Positions 1 through 8,582 of a stretch of DNA of 64,000 bases are shown here, piece by piece. The position numbers and the translations under genes are program-made. Every line of letters starts with the position of its first letter. Positions within the stretch are counted from its first letter, which is position 1. The notes beneath the pieces are model-generated. The model saw only the letters and a list, made by a program, of their open reading frames with translations, searched no databases and was not told the origin of the DNA. The stretch comes from an uncultured Candidatus Entotheonella sp. (GTDB lineage: Bacteria > Tectomicrobia > Entotheonellia > Entotheonellales > Entotheonellaceae): contig OZ244252.1 in assembly GCA_965217185.1 (NCBI GenBank), positions 2,656,001 to 2,720,000 of the forward strand. The letters run 5' to 3'.

Positions 1-1812
1 CGGGCCGCCCAGGAAGAGCTCGAGCCGTACAGGTACCTGTTCCAATCCGCCGAGCGGCCCTTTGGGGGCGACAGCCTCGAATCGGGCTTTACCGACACTT
101 GGCGGGGCATCCAGAACACCATCACAGAGATGCACTGGGACCGGAAACCCGCCAGGGCCGCCATCCCCGACGTTGGCCGTTCTGCCTGGTCGACGCTGCG
201 GCTCTACGAGGCCAGCACGGCCCTGCGGAATTACAAGCTGTCCCGGTCCAAGGAAGAGCCCTCCGAATTGCACGACACGTTGGCCAAGACGTTCGACGTC
301 GTCTATGCCGCGGCCGGCAAGCCGGATTTCACGGCCACGCTCGAAGTCGGCCATGGCTATCCTCTGGCACCCCTGGTCGTATCGCTCGTGGACGTGTGGT
401 ACGAACCGCTGAAAGCCCTGTCGGCGACGCAGGCCGAGACCTTGTTTTACGCCACCGTGGTGGAGCGGCAACCGTTTGCAGACGTCGCAGCCATCGCACT
501 AACCCAGGCGCGTGAAGCCATGACGCCACTCAAGTCGGACTTGCAGCCGGGGCTTGAGCAAGTCGCCAGGGGTCTGCGGCGGCTTGAGGGGGAGGCCGCG
601 CGCTTGCCGCAATCCTTCCGCCGCTTTGCCGAGCGAACCTACCCGGAACGACTGCAAACCTTTCGCAGTAACTGGCACCGGGTCCTGAGCTTTTCCACCC
701 CCGCCGCGGCGCGCGCGGCAACAGCGTTGCGGGAGCAAACCGAGGCCCTTCTCGAGGCGCCGGCAGACCCCTTCGAGAAGCACGAGCAACTCAATGCGTA
801 CGAACAAACCCTGCAAACCCTGGCGGGCCGGGTGGACGACAATTCCCGCTACCAGGCGCTGTTGCGGTTCGAGCAGCAGCTTCTCGATGGTCAGTCTGGA
901 ACCCGCTCCTTCGCCCGTTTCACCAAGGAACACGTGGAATCCCGGTTGGCGGCGCAGCCCGACGCGGAGAACGGCGGGCTTGCCGAAGACGAATCGCTGG
1001 CGGAGTTGGAAGTACGGAGTCAGTGGTTGGAGACGCATCGTCTGGCGGCAGCAGGGTTGCTTGACGACGCGGACACAGCATGGGAGCCCGGCGAGCGCGA
1101 TCGTATTTTGAGGCATCTGGCGCTCGATCTGCAGTTTTTCACGCGCGCCATTCGAGAACGCTACAAGCCGGAAACGTACACGACCGACGAACTGAGAAAA
1201 CGCATTCGCCGCTATAGCAGGCTTGCCAGTGCTCTGGAGCCCGAAAATCTGCAGGGGGGCGAGTTTGTAGACACCATATCGGGAAACCTCACTGGGCGCT
1301 CAGCGAAGGGCGCCCTGCGGTTTGAGATCGTCTACTTGGTAGCCAGAGCCGAAGCAAGGCTGCGGCTGTCGCCGTCCAAAGCCTCTCTGCAACTGGCGGA
1401 TATCTTGCACCAGGAGCGCGACCTCATCGCCGTTTATCAGAACGGCTCGGAAGGCAGTTACGTAAAGGCATTGTTCGACCTGTGGGAAGAGGCCGACCTG
1501 CAACCAGAATTGGGGGCGCAGGTTTCGGAAACCGTCGTTGACTCCATCGAGGATAATAGCAAGCGACTGCAGGTGCCCGCCGTGGGCGCCGTACGCGCCC
1601 TGCGCCGCTTGGTCCAGCAATCCAAGGGCAAAGCGCGGGAAGTCACCCGCCTGCGCCGGGAACTGGCTGCGCTCGAAACGTCGGACGCTGCACTCAACAA
1701 GGTGCTCACCGCGTCCCACGCGCAGTTCCTGTGGCTGCAGGAGCAAATTCGACAGGACTGGGCCAAAACACGCCGCCAACTGCATATCAGCGCGGCTTAC
1801 CGGTCGCGCTGA
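1..1812 (+). CDS. Large hypothetical, mostly alpha-helical/coiled-coil protein; 5' end lies outside the window
   Basis: The frame of ORF 130..1812 is open back to base 1. Ala/Leu/Glu/Arg-rich; no catalytic motif recognised. Confidence 0.7.
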   Translation, partial: RAAQEELEPYRYLFQSAERPFGGDSLESGFTDTWRGIQNTITEMHWDRKPARAAIPDVGRSAWSTLRLYEASTALRNYKLSRSKEEPSELHDTLAKTFDVVYAAAGKPDFTATLEVGHGYPLAPLVVSLVDVWYEPLKALSATQAETLFYATVVERQPFADVAAIALTQAREAMTPLKSDLQPGLEQVARGLRRLEGEAARLPQSFRRFAERTYPERLQTFRSNWHRVLSFSTPAAARAATALREQTEALLEAPADPFEKHEQLNAYEQTLQTLAGRVDDNSRYQALLRFEQQLLDGQSGTRSFARFTKEHVESRLAAQPDAENGGLAEDESLAELEVRSQWLETHRLAAAGLLDDADTAWEPGERDRILRHLALDLQFFTRAIRERYKPETYTTDELRKRIRRYSRLASALEPENLQGGEFVDTISGNLTGRSAKGALRFEIVYLVARAEARLRLSPSKASLQLADILHQERDLIAVYQNGSEGSYVKALFDLWEEADLQPELGAQVSETVVDSIEDNSKRLQVPAVGAVRALRRLVQQSKGKAREVTRLRRELAALETSDAALNKVLTASHAQFLWLQEQIRQDWAKTRRQLHISAAYRSR

Positions 1813-1954
1813 TCCGGCTTGGGAAGGCCCTTACAGCCTGTCAAGGCAATCGAAAATTGCACGCATTGAGGGGAGCGCGGCCGCTGCGAACCCGCCAATG
1901 TCGGTTTCGGCCAGTATTTGGGAGTGCTTTCGGCGTTCCTGGGGAGTCGTTGCG

Positions 1955-1982
1955 GGTTGATATGAGGGGTGCTATTCGAAGT
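1955..1982. other. Degenerate dif-like (XerD|XerC) site
   Basis: GGTTGATATGA-ggggtg-CTATTCGAAGT; 11-6-11 geometry with 2-3 mismatches per arm against the sites at 27.7-34.9 kb. Confidence 0.45.
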
Positions 1983-2021
1983 TAAGGTTCGATTTTCCGA
2001 CAGGATCGGGAGGCCAAGACA

Positions 2022-2243
2022 ATGATCGACGAAACCGACGAAATAGAGAACGAACCCACGATGAAACCGGCGACTGCCGGAGAACGCCTACGAAAGACCC
2101 TGGAGCGAATGGCGCAGGGCAGCGGCGGCGATGCCGCGAGGGCAGCTCTCGCGCTTGCGCTGTGGGATAACGTGGGCGTGCCGACCCGGGTTCAAAACCT
2201 CATCAGCCAGATGGGGCACGAAGGCACTGGAGCGGATTCTTAG
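2022..2243 (+). CDS. Small hypothetical protein (73 aa)
   Basis: ATG preceded by GGGAGG; directly follows the dif-like site. Confidence 0.5.
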   Translation: MIDETDEIENEPTMKPATAGERLRKTLERMAQGSGGDAARAALALALWDNVGVPTRVQNLISQMGHEGTGADS

Positions 2244-2475
2244 TCTTCGGATGCCATGGTTCCCGCCGTGCCAAACTGAAAGCACCAGAACCGACCTTAT
2301 GGGAATCAGGAAGGAGGTGCTCACCAAAGAACGACGGGCCGGCGATCCCCTAACGCGGGACCTCGAAGCAAGCCGGAGGTCCCGACACATCCACCACAAC
2401 GCCTTCAACGCCTCATTCCACCCTTCTGCATACTGACATGCCAAGGCCAACCCTTCGCCGACCGGGAGGAACCCC

Positions 2476-3774
2476 ATGAAAGGCACCCTTGAACGCTATT
2501 TCGACTTAGCGCAGCGCGGCACCAACGTGCGGACGGAGGTGACGGCAGGCGTGACAACGTTTCTGACGATGGCCTACATCGCCTTCGTGAACCCGCAGAT
2601 TCTCTCCGACGCCGGCATGCCGTTCGACGCGGTGTTCGTGGCCACCTGTATCGCGGCAGCGCTCAGCACGCTGCTGATGGGCCTGTACGCCAACTACCCG
2701 ATCGCGCTGGCACCGGGCATGGGGCTCAACGCATTCTTCGCCTATGGCGTCGTCCTCGGCATGGGGCACACCTGGCAAGTCGCGCTCGGCGCCGTTTTCC
2801 TTTCCGGCCTGTTATTCCTCGCCCTGAGTGTGCTGCCGGTGCGGCGCTGGATCATCGAGGCGATTCCGCAGGGGCAAAAGCTGGCCATCGCCGCCGGGAT
2901 CGGCCTGTTTCTGGGCATCATCGCGCTGCGCAACGCCGGCATCATTCAGGGGAGCGAGGCAACGCTGGTCACCGTCGGCGAACTGACGGCACCAGCGCCC
3001 ATACTCGCCCTGCTCGGCTTCTGCACAATCGTGGCGCTCGCGTCGCGCCAAGTGCCGGGCGCCGCGGTCATCGGCATGCTGGGCGTCACCGTCGTCGGCA
3101 TTATTTTCGGCGTGTCCGAATGGCGAGGCGTCGCATCCCTGCCACCCGATCCGACGCCAACCCTGTTTGCCCTCGACCTCGGCGGGGCGCTGCAAGCGGG
3201 CATGATCGCGGTCATCCTGACGTTCCTGATCGTTGACCTGTTCGATACGGCCGGCACGCTGATCGGCGTTGCTCACCAAGCAAACCTTCTCGACGAGAAC
3301 GGACAGCTTCCACGCATGCAGAACGCCCTGATTGCCGACTCCGCGGGAACGGTGGGCGGCGCTTTGCTCGGCACCTCACCGGTAACGAGCTACATCGAAA
3401 GCGCCGCGGGAGCGAGCGCGGGCGGTCGCACGGGCCTGACCGCGGTCGTCGTGGCGATCCTGTTCCTCGCCTGCCTGTTCTTCGCGCCGCTGGCTGGATC
3501 CATCCCGCCCTACGCGACGGCGGCGGCCATCCTCTACGTGGCGTGCCTTATGACGCGGCCGCTGGTGGACGTGGACTGGCAAGACGTCACCGAGTCCGCC
3601 GCCGCGGTCGTCACCGTCATCGCCATCCCGCTGACCTTCTCCATCGCCGACGGCATCGGAATCGGCTTTCTGACCTACGTCGTGATCAAGTTGATCGCGG
3701 GACGCTGGGGCGATTGCTCACCGACACTGATCGCGGTGGCGCTGCTCTTCGCCGTGAAGTTCGCGTGGCTATGA
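2476..3774 (+). CDS. NCS2/AzgA-type purine (adenine/guanine/hypoxanthine) permease
   Basis: AGVTTFLTMAYIAFVNP, ALAPGMGLNAFF, DLFDTAGTL and TSYIESAAG..GGRTGLT motifs; hydrophobic; GGGAGG RBS. Confidence 0.95.
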   Translation: MKGTLERYFDLAQRGTNVRTEVTAGVTTFLTMAYIAFVNPQILSDAGMPFDAVFVATCIAAALSTLLMGLYANYPIALAPGMGLNAFFAYGVVLGMGHTWQVALGAVFLSGLLFLALSVLPVRRWIIEAIPQGQKLAIAAGIGLFLGIIALRNAGIIQGSEATLVTVGELTAPAPILALLGFCTIVALASRQVPGAAVIGMLGVTVVGIIFGVSEWRGVASLPPDPTPTLFALDLGGALQAGMIAVILTFLIVDLFDTAGTLIGVAHQANLLDENGQLPRMQNALIADSAGTVGGALLGTSPVTSYIESAAGASAGGRTGLTAVVVAILFLACLFFAPLAGSIPPYATAAAILYVACLMTRPLVDVDWQDVTESAAAVVTVIAIPLTFSIADGIGIGFLTYVVIKLIAGRWGDCSPTLIAVALLFAVKFAWL

Positions 3775-3776
3775 CC

Positions 3777-3835
3777 GTAGGTCGGATTAGCGCAGCGTAA
3801 TCCGACATTCCGCTGCGCCCCGCGGGCCTCCTGTC
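3777..3835 (+). repeat. GTAG-type REP palindrome with a conserved ~30 bp tail
   Basis: GTAGGTCGGATTAGCGCAGCGTAATCCGAC+ATTCCGCTGCGCCCCGCGGGC; near-identical reverse copy at 55355-55415. Confidence 0.8.
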
Positions 3836-3850
3836 CCGAACCTTGGATCA

Positions 3851-3879
3851 GAGCTTGTCCCGTACTTGATACGGGGTCA
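3851..3879. repeat. Second small palindromic repeat family, copy 1
   Basis: GAGCTTGTCCCGTACTTGATACGGGGTCA; its reverse complement matches 5618-5646. Confidence 0.7.
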
Positions 3880-3972
3880 AGCCCGGACCACTTGGGGGGG
3901 CAGACGGTTCCATTTTCATGGAGATGGGCTGCCGGCGTAGCGGCGGCCGTACTCAAGGCGCGCCGCCGCCCA

Positions 3973-4785
3973 TCAAACCATGAAATTCATGTGTGAAACG
4001 ATAGACTCCCCCAGCGCCCGGTCGCCGTCGATGCGGACCTTGCCCGATGCCAGAGCGTGGCTGTCCTCCCAGCGGCCGTTCCCCAAGCAGGTAAACGTTT
4101 CCACGTCCATGGTGAGACGCACGTTCGGGTTGGCCGGGGGCGTATCGAGGAAGTTGGCGCGTCCGCCGTCAACGCTGATCGCCATCGTGCGACCGGCTGG
4201 ACCGGCGACTTCGAACACGACGGTCGTGCCGTCGGGAGCGGCGGCCTTCTTGCCCACGACGAAGGGCATCGCCCGGGCCATGCGGTCCATGGAATGCACC
4301 ACCACCGGGCCCTCCATGTGGCCGGGGCGCCCGACGGCCCGGCGTACGTCCTGCTCGTGCACCCAGCAATCGAAGATGCGAATGACCATGAAGTCGCGTT
4401 TCGTGCCGGGCCCTACTGGCGTCTGCGTAGGCTCCGAAAAATCGTCGGCGCTCATGCTGCGCAGATGTCGCAGGCGCGCCGCCGTCACCTCACGGAACGC
4501 CTCAAGCACGTCCGCGCCCGAACGCGGGCGCAGGAAATCCACCCACACCTCGTTGCCCTTGCCGATGTCGTTCTTGACGTGTTCCATGTCCTGCGGCGTG
4601 TGATCCGGCACCGGGCGGCCAGCCAGCCGCGACTCGGTGCCGACGACGTGCGCCACGTGATCCTGCACCGACCACTTCGGGCAGTCGGTTGCGAGCTTCC
4701 ACTCCCGCTCGCTGAGCGTTGCGCACAATCCCGCCATCGAATCCCAAACCCGCTCCAATTTATCCACGATTTCCTGAGCGCTCAT
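3973..4785 (-). CDS. Maleylpyruvate-isomerase-like (MDMPI/DinB superfamily) protein with SCP2-like C-terminus
   Basis: TDCPKWSVQDHVAHV and DCWVHEQDVRRA metal-binding His motifs; AAGGAG RBS. Confidence 0.85.
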   Translation of the reverse strand: MSAQEIVDKLERVWDSMAGLCATLSEREWKLATDCPKWSVQDHVAHVVGTESRLAGRPVPDHTPQDMEHVKNDIGKGNEVWVDFLRPRSGADVLEAFREVTAARLRHLRSMSADDFSEPTQTPVGPGTKRDFMVIRIFDCWVHEQDVRRAVGRPGHMEGPVVVHSMDRMARAMPFVVGKKAAAPDGTTVVFEVAGPAGRTMAISVDGGRANFLDTPPANPNVRLTMDVETFTCLGNGRWEDSHALASGKVRIDGDRALGESIVSHMNFMV

Positions 4786-4797
4786 ATTTTCTCCTTA

Positions 4798-5524
4798 GCT
4801 CGACTTTGTACAAAATGAGAGAGTATCCAGGGGCATCGTCCCTGCCTTGCAAGATGGCAGGTTCCACCAAACCATCTTGCAGCGAGGTCAGCGATGCCCC
4901 CTTCAGCACACACTACCACCCTACTGGCACCCTTTCGAAGTCTCTTCAGCGCACCCACTTGGCGCAAAGTCCAACGCCTGCTCATCGGAACCCTGTTGGC
5001 CTACGGACGACGCACCGTCACCGCAGCCCTGCGACACACGGGCCAGGGTGATACGGCGTCCTTCAGTCTCTACCATCAGGTGTTCAACCGTGCTCGCTGG
5101 TCCGCTCTCAAAGGCAGTCGCTGTCTGCTGTCCCTGCTGGTGCAGACCTTTGGTGCCGCTGGCGGCAGCCTCACGTTCGTCATTGACGAAACGCTGGAGA
5201 GACGCTGGGGCCGACGTATCAACAAGCGCGGTCATTACCGCGACCCGCTGGCTTCCAGCCGCAAGCGCACCGTCAGCACCAGTGGGCTACGCTGGATTGT
5301 GTTGACCCTGGTCATCACGCCGCCCTGGACGACGCGTTGTTGAGCCTTGCCCGTCTTGAGTGTGCCGGTGCCAACGCCCCAGGTCAGTGAGCGCCTGGGG
5401 CTGAGACACAAGACCATAACGCCCGACACCGAGTGGGTAGAAATCCCTCGAGTCTATCTACAGGGCTTGATGCAATCGGCCTGTTATACGCACTGACCTT
5501 GACCAACTTTGTACAAAGTCGAGC
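4798..5524 (+). mobile_element. Internally deleted IS701-family element (727 bp)
   Basis: Terminal IRs GCTCGACTTTGTACAAA / TTTGTACAAAGTCGAGC; both ends match the full copy at 11561-13034; ~750 bp missing at ~5416. Confidence 0.9.
4894..5496 (+). pseudogene. IS701 transposase remnant
   Basis: Matches the N-terminus of 11588..12937; TGA at 5341 where the full copy has Trp; then jumps to the C-terminal TPDTEWVEIPRVYLQ..SACYTH. Confidence 0.9.
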
Positions 5525-5617
5525 TGAGAGCGGTTTCCGTCAACACACCAGATACGGAAACGCTCCGGTGGCCAACAAGAACGTGATCGTCATTGCGGAC
5601 CCTGGCCCGGAATCCAC

Positions 5618-5646
5618 TGACCCCGGATCGAGTCCGGGACAGGCTC
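5618..5646. repeat. Second small palindromic repeat family, copy 2
   Basis: TGACCCCGGATCGAGTCCGGGACAGGCTC, inverted relative to 3851-3879. Confidence 0.7.
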
Positions 5647-5721
5647 TTGGCCGCCGGAAAACCTGGACTCCCACCGCCGCCATGGAAATGCTCTCTGATC
5701 GCCCCCGCTGCCTCCCAGCTA

Positions 5722-5837
5722 TCGTAAATTGCGACTCGTTTTCGCATTTTGCGATTTTCCGCCTAACTCCTTCATAATCATACACGGACGAACCTATTTC
5801 CTCGCCTGATCGCTTTTTCCGATTTCGCATTTTGCGA
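5722..5837. promoter_or_regulatory. Putative upstream activator sites: four TCGCA-N3-TGCGA palindromes
   Basis: Perfect TCGCATTTTGCGA at 5742-5754 and 5825-5837; imperfect copies at 5722-5734 and 5810-5822. Confidence 0.55.
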
Positions 5838-5916
5838 CTCTCCGAAACCTCTGACCATCCCGTATATATCCTCTAAAGATGTAATTTCAAAGGGGTTATA
5901 CCGTTTTTTAGGAGTC

Positions 5917-5932
5917 TGGCACGGTTTGTGCT
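5917..5932 (+). promoter_or_regulatory. Putative sigma-54 (-24/-12) promoter
   Basis: TGGCACGGTTTGTGCT: GG-N10-GC with TGGCACG at -24, ~65 bp upstream of the GPP34 start. Confidence 0.65.
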
Positions 5933-5995
5933 CCTACTGCGGAAGCGGACTCCACTTGGCGCTACCCCAATAACCCCTTTGAAAGCTCCGATCCG

Positions 5996-6676
5996 ATGCT
6001 GAGACTGGCTGAAGAAATCATGCTCCTTCTGCTCGACGACGACGGCAGTGAGCTCACACGTATGCCCCTGTGGTCAATGCGGATGGTGTTCGCGGGCGCC
6101 GTGCTGATGGACCTGGCGCTGGAAAACCACATCGGCACGGTCTCCGACCTGAACGCGATCTTCCCCGTCGGTCCGACGCCCCTGCAAGACGATTTGCTCG
6201 ACCCGACGTTGGCCCGCATCGCCGAGGCGGGGATACGGGACACTCGCTACTGGCTCGAACGCATTGCTGAAGACAGTGACGGCATCCGCCAACGCGCCAT
6301 CGCCCGGCTTGGCGAGTGCGGCATTCTGCGCCAGCGATGGTATCACTTGCCATGGACGTTCCGTTTGCGCCGCTACCCGATCATCGACGGCAACACCCAG
6401 CGCGAGGCCAAGGCGCGCATTGTACGGGTGTTGACCGGCACCGACGTCCCGGCCGCGCGCGACGTCGCCCTCATCTGCCTCGCGGACGCCTGTGGACTCT
6501 TCAAGAAGTTACTGCCCGCCGCCGAATTGCAACGCGTTTCAGCGCGCCTCGAGCAAGTGCGCACGATGGACCTGATCGGCCGGACGCTCTCCAAGGCAAT
6601 CACCGAGTTCGACTGTCGCCCGTCTGTCAGAGGCGGTGGGGGGCACCATGCAAGACGGGCCGTCCACGACCCCTGA
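5996..6676 (+). CDS. GPP34 (GOLPH3/Vps74-like) family protein
   Basis: LAEEIMLLLLDD, FAGAVLMDLAL, LDPTLARIAE, RRYP and RDVALICLADAC segments typical of the family. Confidence 0.8.
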   Translation: MLRLAEEIMLLLLDDDGSELTRMPLWSMRMVFAGAVLMDLALENHIGTVSDLNAIFPVGPTPLQDDLLDPTLARIAEAGIRDTRYWLERIAEDSDGIRQRAIARLGECGILRQRWYHLPWTFRLRRYPIIDGNTQREAKARIVRVLTGTDVPAARDVALICLADACGLFKKLLPAAELQRVSARLEQVRTMDLIGRTLSKAITEFDCRPSVRGGGGHHARRAVHDP

Positions 6677-6743
6677 TGCACGTCAACCAAAGCGGTTATG
6701 CCCAGCATTTTAAGGATTACACGATCCTAGGAGGATACACGCA

Positions 6744-8471
6744 TTGTTCACCATTCTTGGACACTTGGCAGGCGCGCTTGGGCTCTTCTTCATGGGTGCA
6801 AGGTTCCTGACGGAGCAACTGAAGACGCTGACCAATCGCCGCTTGCGCCTGAGTGCCATCCGCTGGACCAACAACCCCTGCATGGGGTTTGTCTGGGGCC
6901 TGATTGCCGGCTCGGTCATGCAGAGCATGACGATTTTGACGTTCGTCGTCGTCAGCCTGCTGAAGTCGGACCTGGTTTCTCCCAAACGAGCGTACCCCAT
7001 CCTCCTCGGCTGCAATGTGGGCGGGGCGCTGCTGGTGTTGATCGTGATGTTGGATGTCAAGCTGATAGCGCTGTACATCCTGGGCCTTTCACAGATTGTC
7101 ACCCTCGTCATCGCCCGAGACCAGGCGTCCCGCTATCGGGCCATGGCCACCGCGTGTTTCGGGCTGGCCTTGATCATCCTTGGCTCGATCATGCTCAGGG
7201 AGTCCGTCGTCCCCCTGGCCACTTATCCCTGGTTCCAGGAAGCCGTGGAATGGATGGGCGACTCGCTGATCCTCCCGTTACTGATCGGCGCCTTGCTCAC
7301 CCTTCTGGCGCAATCGACGGGTCCGGTAATCATGATCAGCATCGGCATGGCCACGGCCGGACTCCTAGCCACCGAGCAGGTCCTCATCCTCTATTGCGGC
7401 GCTTGCCTGGGCTCGAGCCTGGGTCTGTACCTGTTGACCATGACCATCACGGGTCGTGCCCGGCAGGTGGCCATGTACCAGGTGCTCTACAACGTCGTGC
7501 TCAACGCCATCTTCGTGCCCCCGATCGTTGTCGAAGCGTATCTGGACGTGCCGTTGGTCGCGGCCGCGGTGCACGCCAGCGGGCTCCCTCTGGCCCAGTC
7601 GCTGGCGATGTTTATCATCTTCTCTGAAGCGGCCACGGCCGCCTTCCAACTCGCCACCCTGCATTTCGGCGTCCGCTGGATCGAACGTTGGTGGCCGCCG
7701 ACGGAAGTCGAAGCGTTGGCGAAGCCGCTATTCATTCACGACCTTGCCTTGGACGACGTGGAAGCCGCGCTGCGGCTGGTGGATCTCGAACAGCGGCGGT
7801 TGCTGGAGATGCTGTCGCGTTATCTTGACACCGTGCGGTCCGGTACCGAACTGAGCGAACTGCGCGAGGCGGCCAAGGCCGTTCTGGGCCGCCTCGAGGA
7901 GTTCCTGGGCGATCTGGCGGAGCGTTGTCTCAACGAGAAGATGGCGGATAAGCACGGTTCAATGATCGTGCGCCAGAAGTTGTTCACTCGGTTGGAAGAA
8001 CAGGTGGTCGAATTGTGCGAAGTGCTCCGCGATCTGCCCCCGCAACGGTCGCTCGACAACTGGTCTCCGGCGCTCGTCGAAGGGATCGACGTCGTGTTTC
8101 TCGTGCTGATCGATACCCTGGAGTCGGACGACGCGGCGGCCTGGCCGTTGACGACGCAATTGGCGCGGGAGCGCGGCGAGGACCTCCACAGGCTCCGCGA
8201 CATGTCCTTGAAGGACGAACCGACCTTGGCCCCCGATGAACGCAAGAGGGTGCTCAAGCTTGCCAGCATCATCGAGCACATCTTCCTGCTGTTGTCGCTC
8301 TTGGTGCACAAGTACCGACAAGCCTCCAGGATCGACGAGGCCTTCCTGGACCACGCCGATTTGGAAGAGCCTATCACCGCGTCAACGGCGCACACGGATG
8401 TCCATTATGCAGCAAGAGAACGATTTGCGTTTGCAAATGGGGAAGTATCAGAAAGTGCGGGCAAGTTGTAG
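6744..8471 (+). CDS. Na/Pi cotransporter family protein with PhoU-like C-terminus (paralogue 1)
   Basis: GALGLFFMG, repeated QS motifs, LGCNVG; TTG start after AGGAGG. Confidence 0.8.
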   Translation: MFTILGHLAGALGLFFMGARFLTEQLKTLTNRRLRLSAIRWTNNPCMGFVWGLIAGSVMQSMTILTFVVVSLLKSDLVSPKRAYPILLGCNVGGALLVLIVMLDVKLIALYILGLSQIVTLVIARDQASRYRAMATACFGLALIILGSIMLRESVVPLATYPWFQEAVEWMGDSLILPLLIGALLTLLAQSTGPVIMISIGMATAGLLATEQVLILYCGACLGSSLGLYLLTMTITGRARQVAMYQVLYNVVLNAIFVPPIVVEAYLDVPLVAAAVHASGLPLAQSLAMFIIFSEAATAAFQLATLHFGVRWIERWWPPTEVEALAKPLFIHDLALDDVEAALRLVDLEQRRLLEMLSRYLDTVRSGTELSELREAAKAVLGRLEEFLGDLAERCLNEKMADKHGSMIVRQKLFTRLEEQVVELCEVLRDLPPQRSLDNWSPALVEGIDVVFLVLIDTLESDDAAAWPLTTQLARERGEDLHRLRDMSLKDEPTLAPDERKRVLKLASIIEHIFLLLSLLVHKYRQASRIDEAFLDHADLEEPITASTAHTDVHYAARERFAFANGEVSESAGKL

Positions 8472-8582
8472 ATCTGCACGGATAGCGGCATCTGAATCCG
8501 CATCGCTGCCTGAGTTGCTCGGCACAGCCTGGGCCGCCTCGAGGAGTTCCTTCCGGTTCGTCTTAACAGGAGTATATGGACA

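Noticed and set aside
2244..2475. Purine riboswitch upstream of the NCS2 permease
   Set aside because: Only a simple hairpin (GGGACCTC..GAGGTCCC) is present; the conserved purine-aptamer core motifs are not visible.
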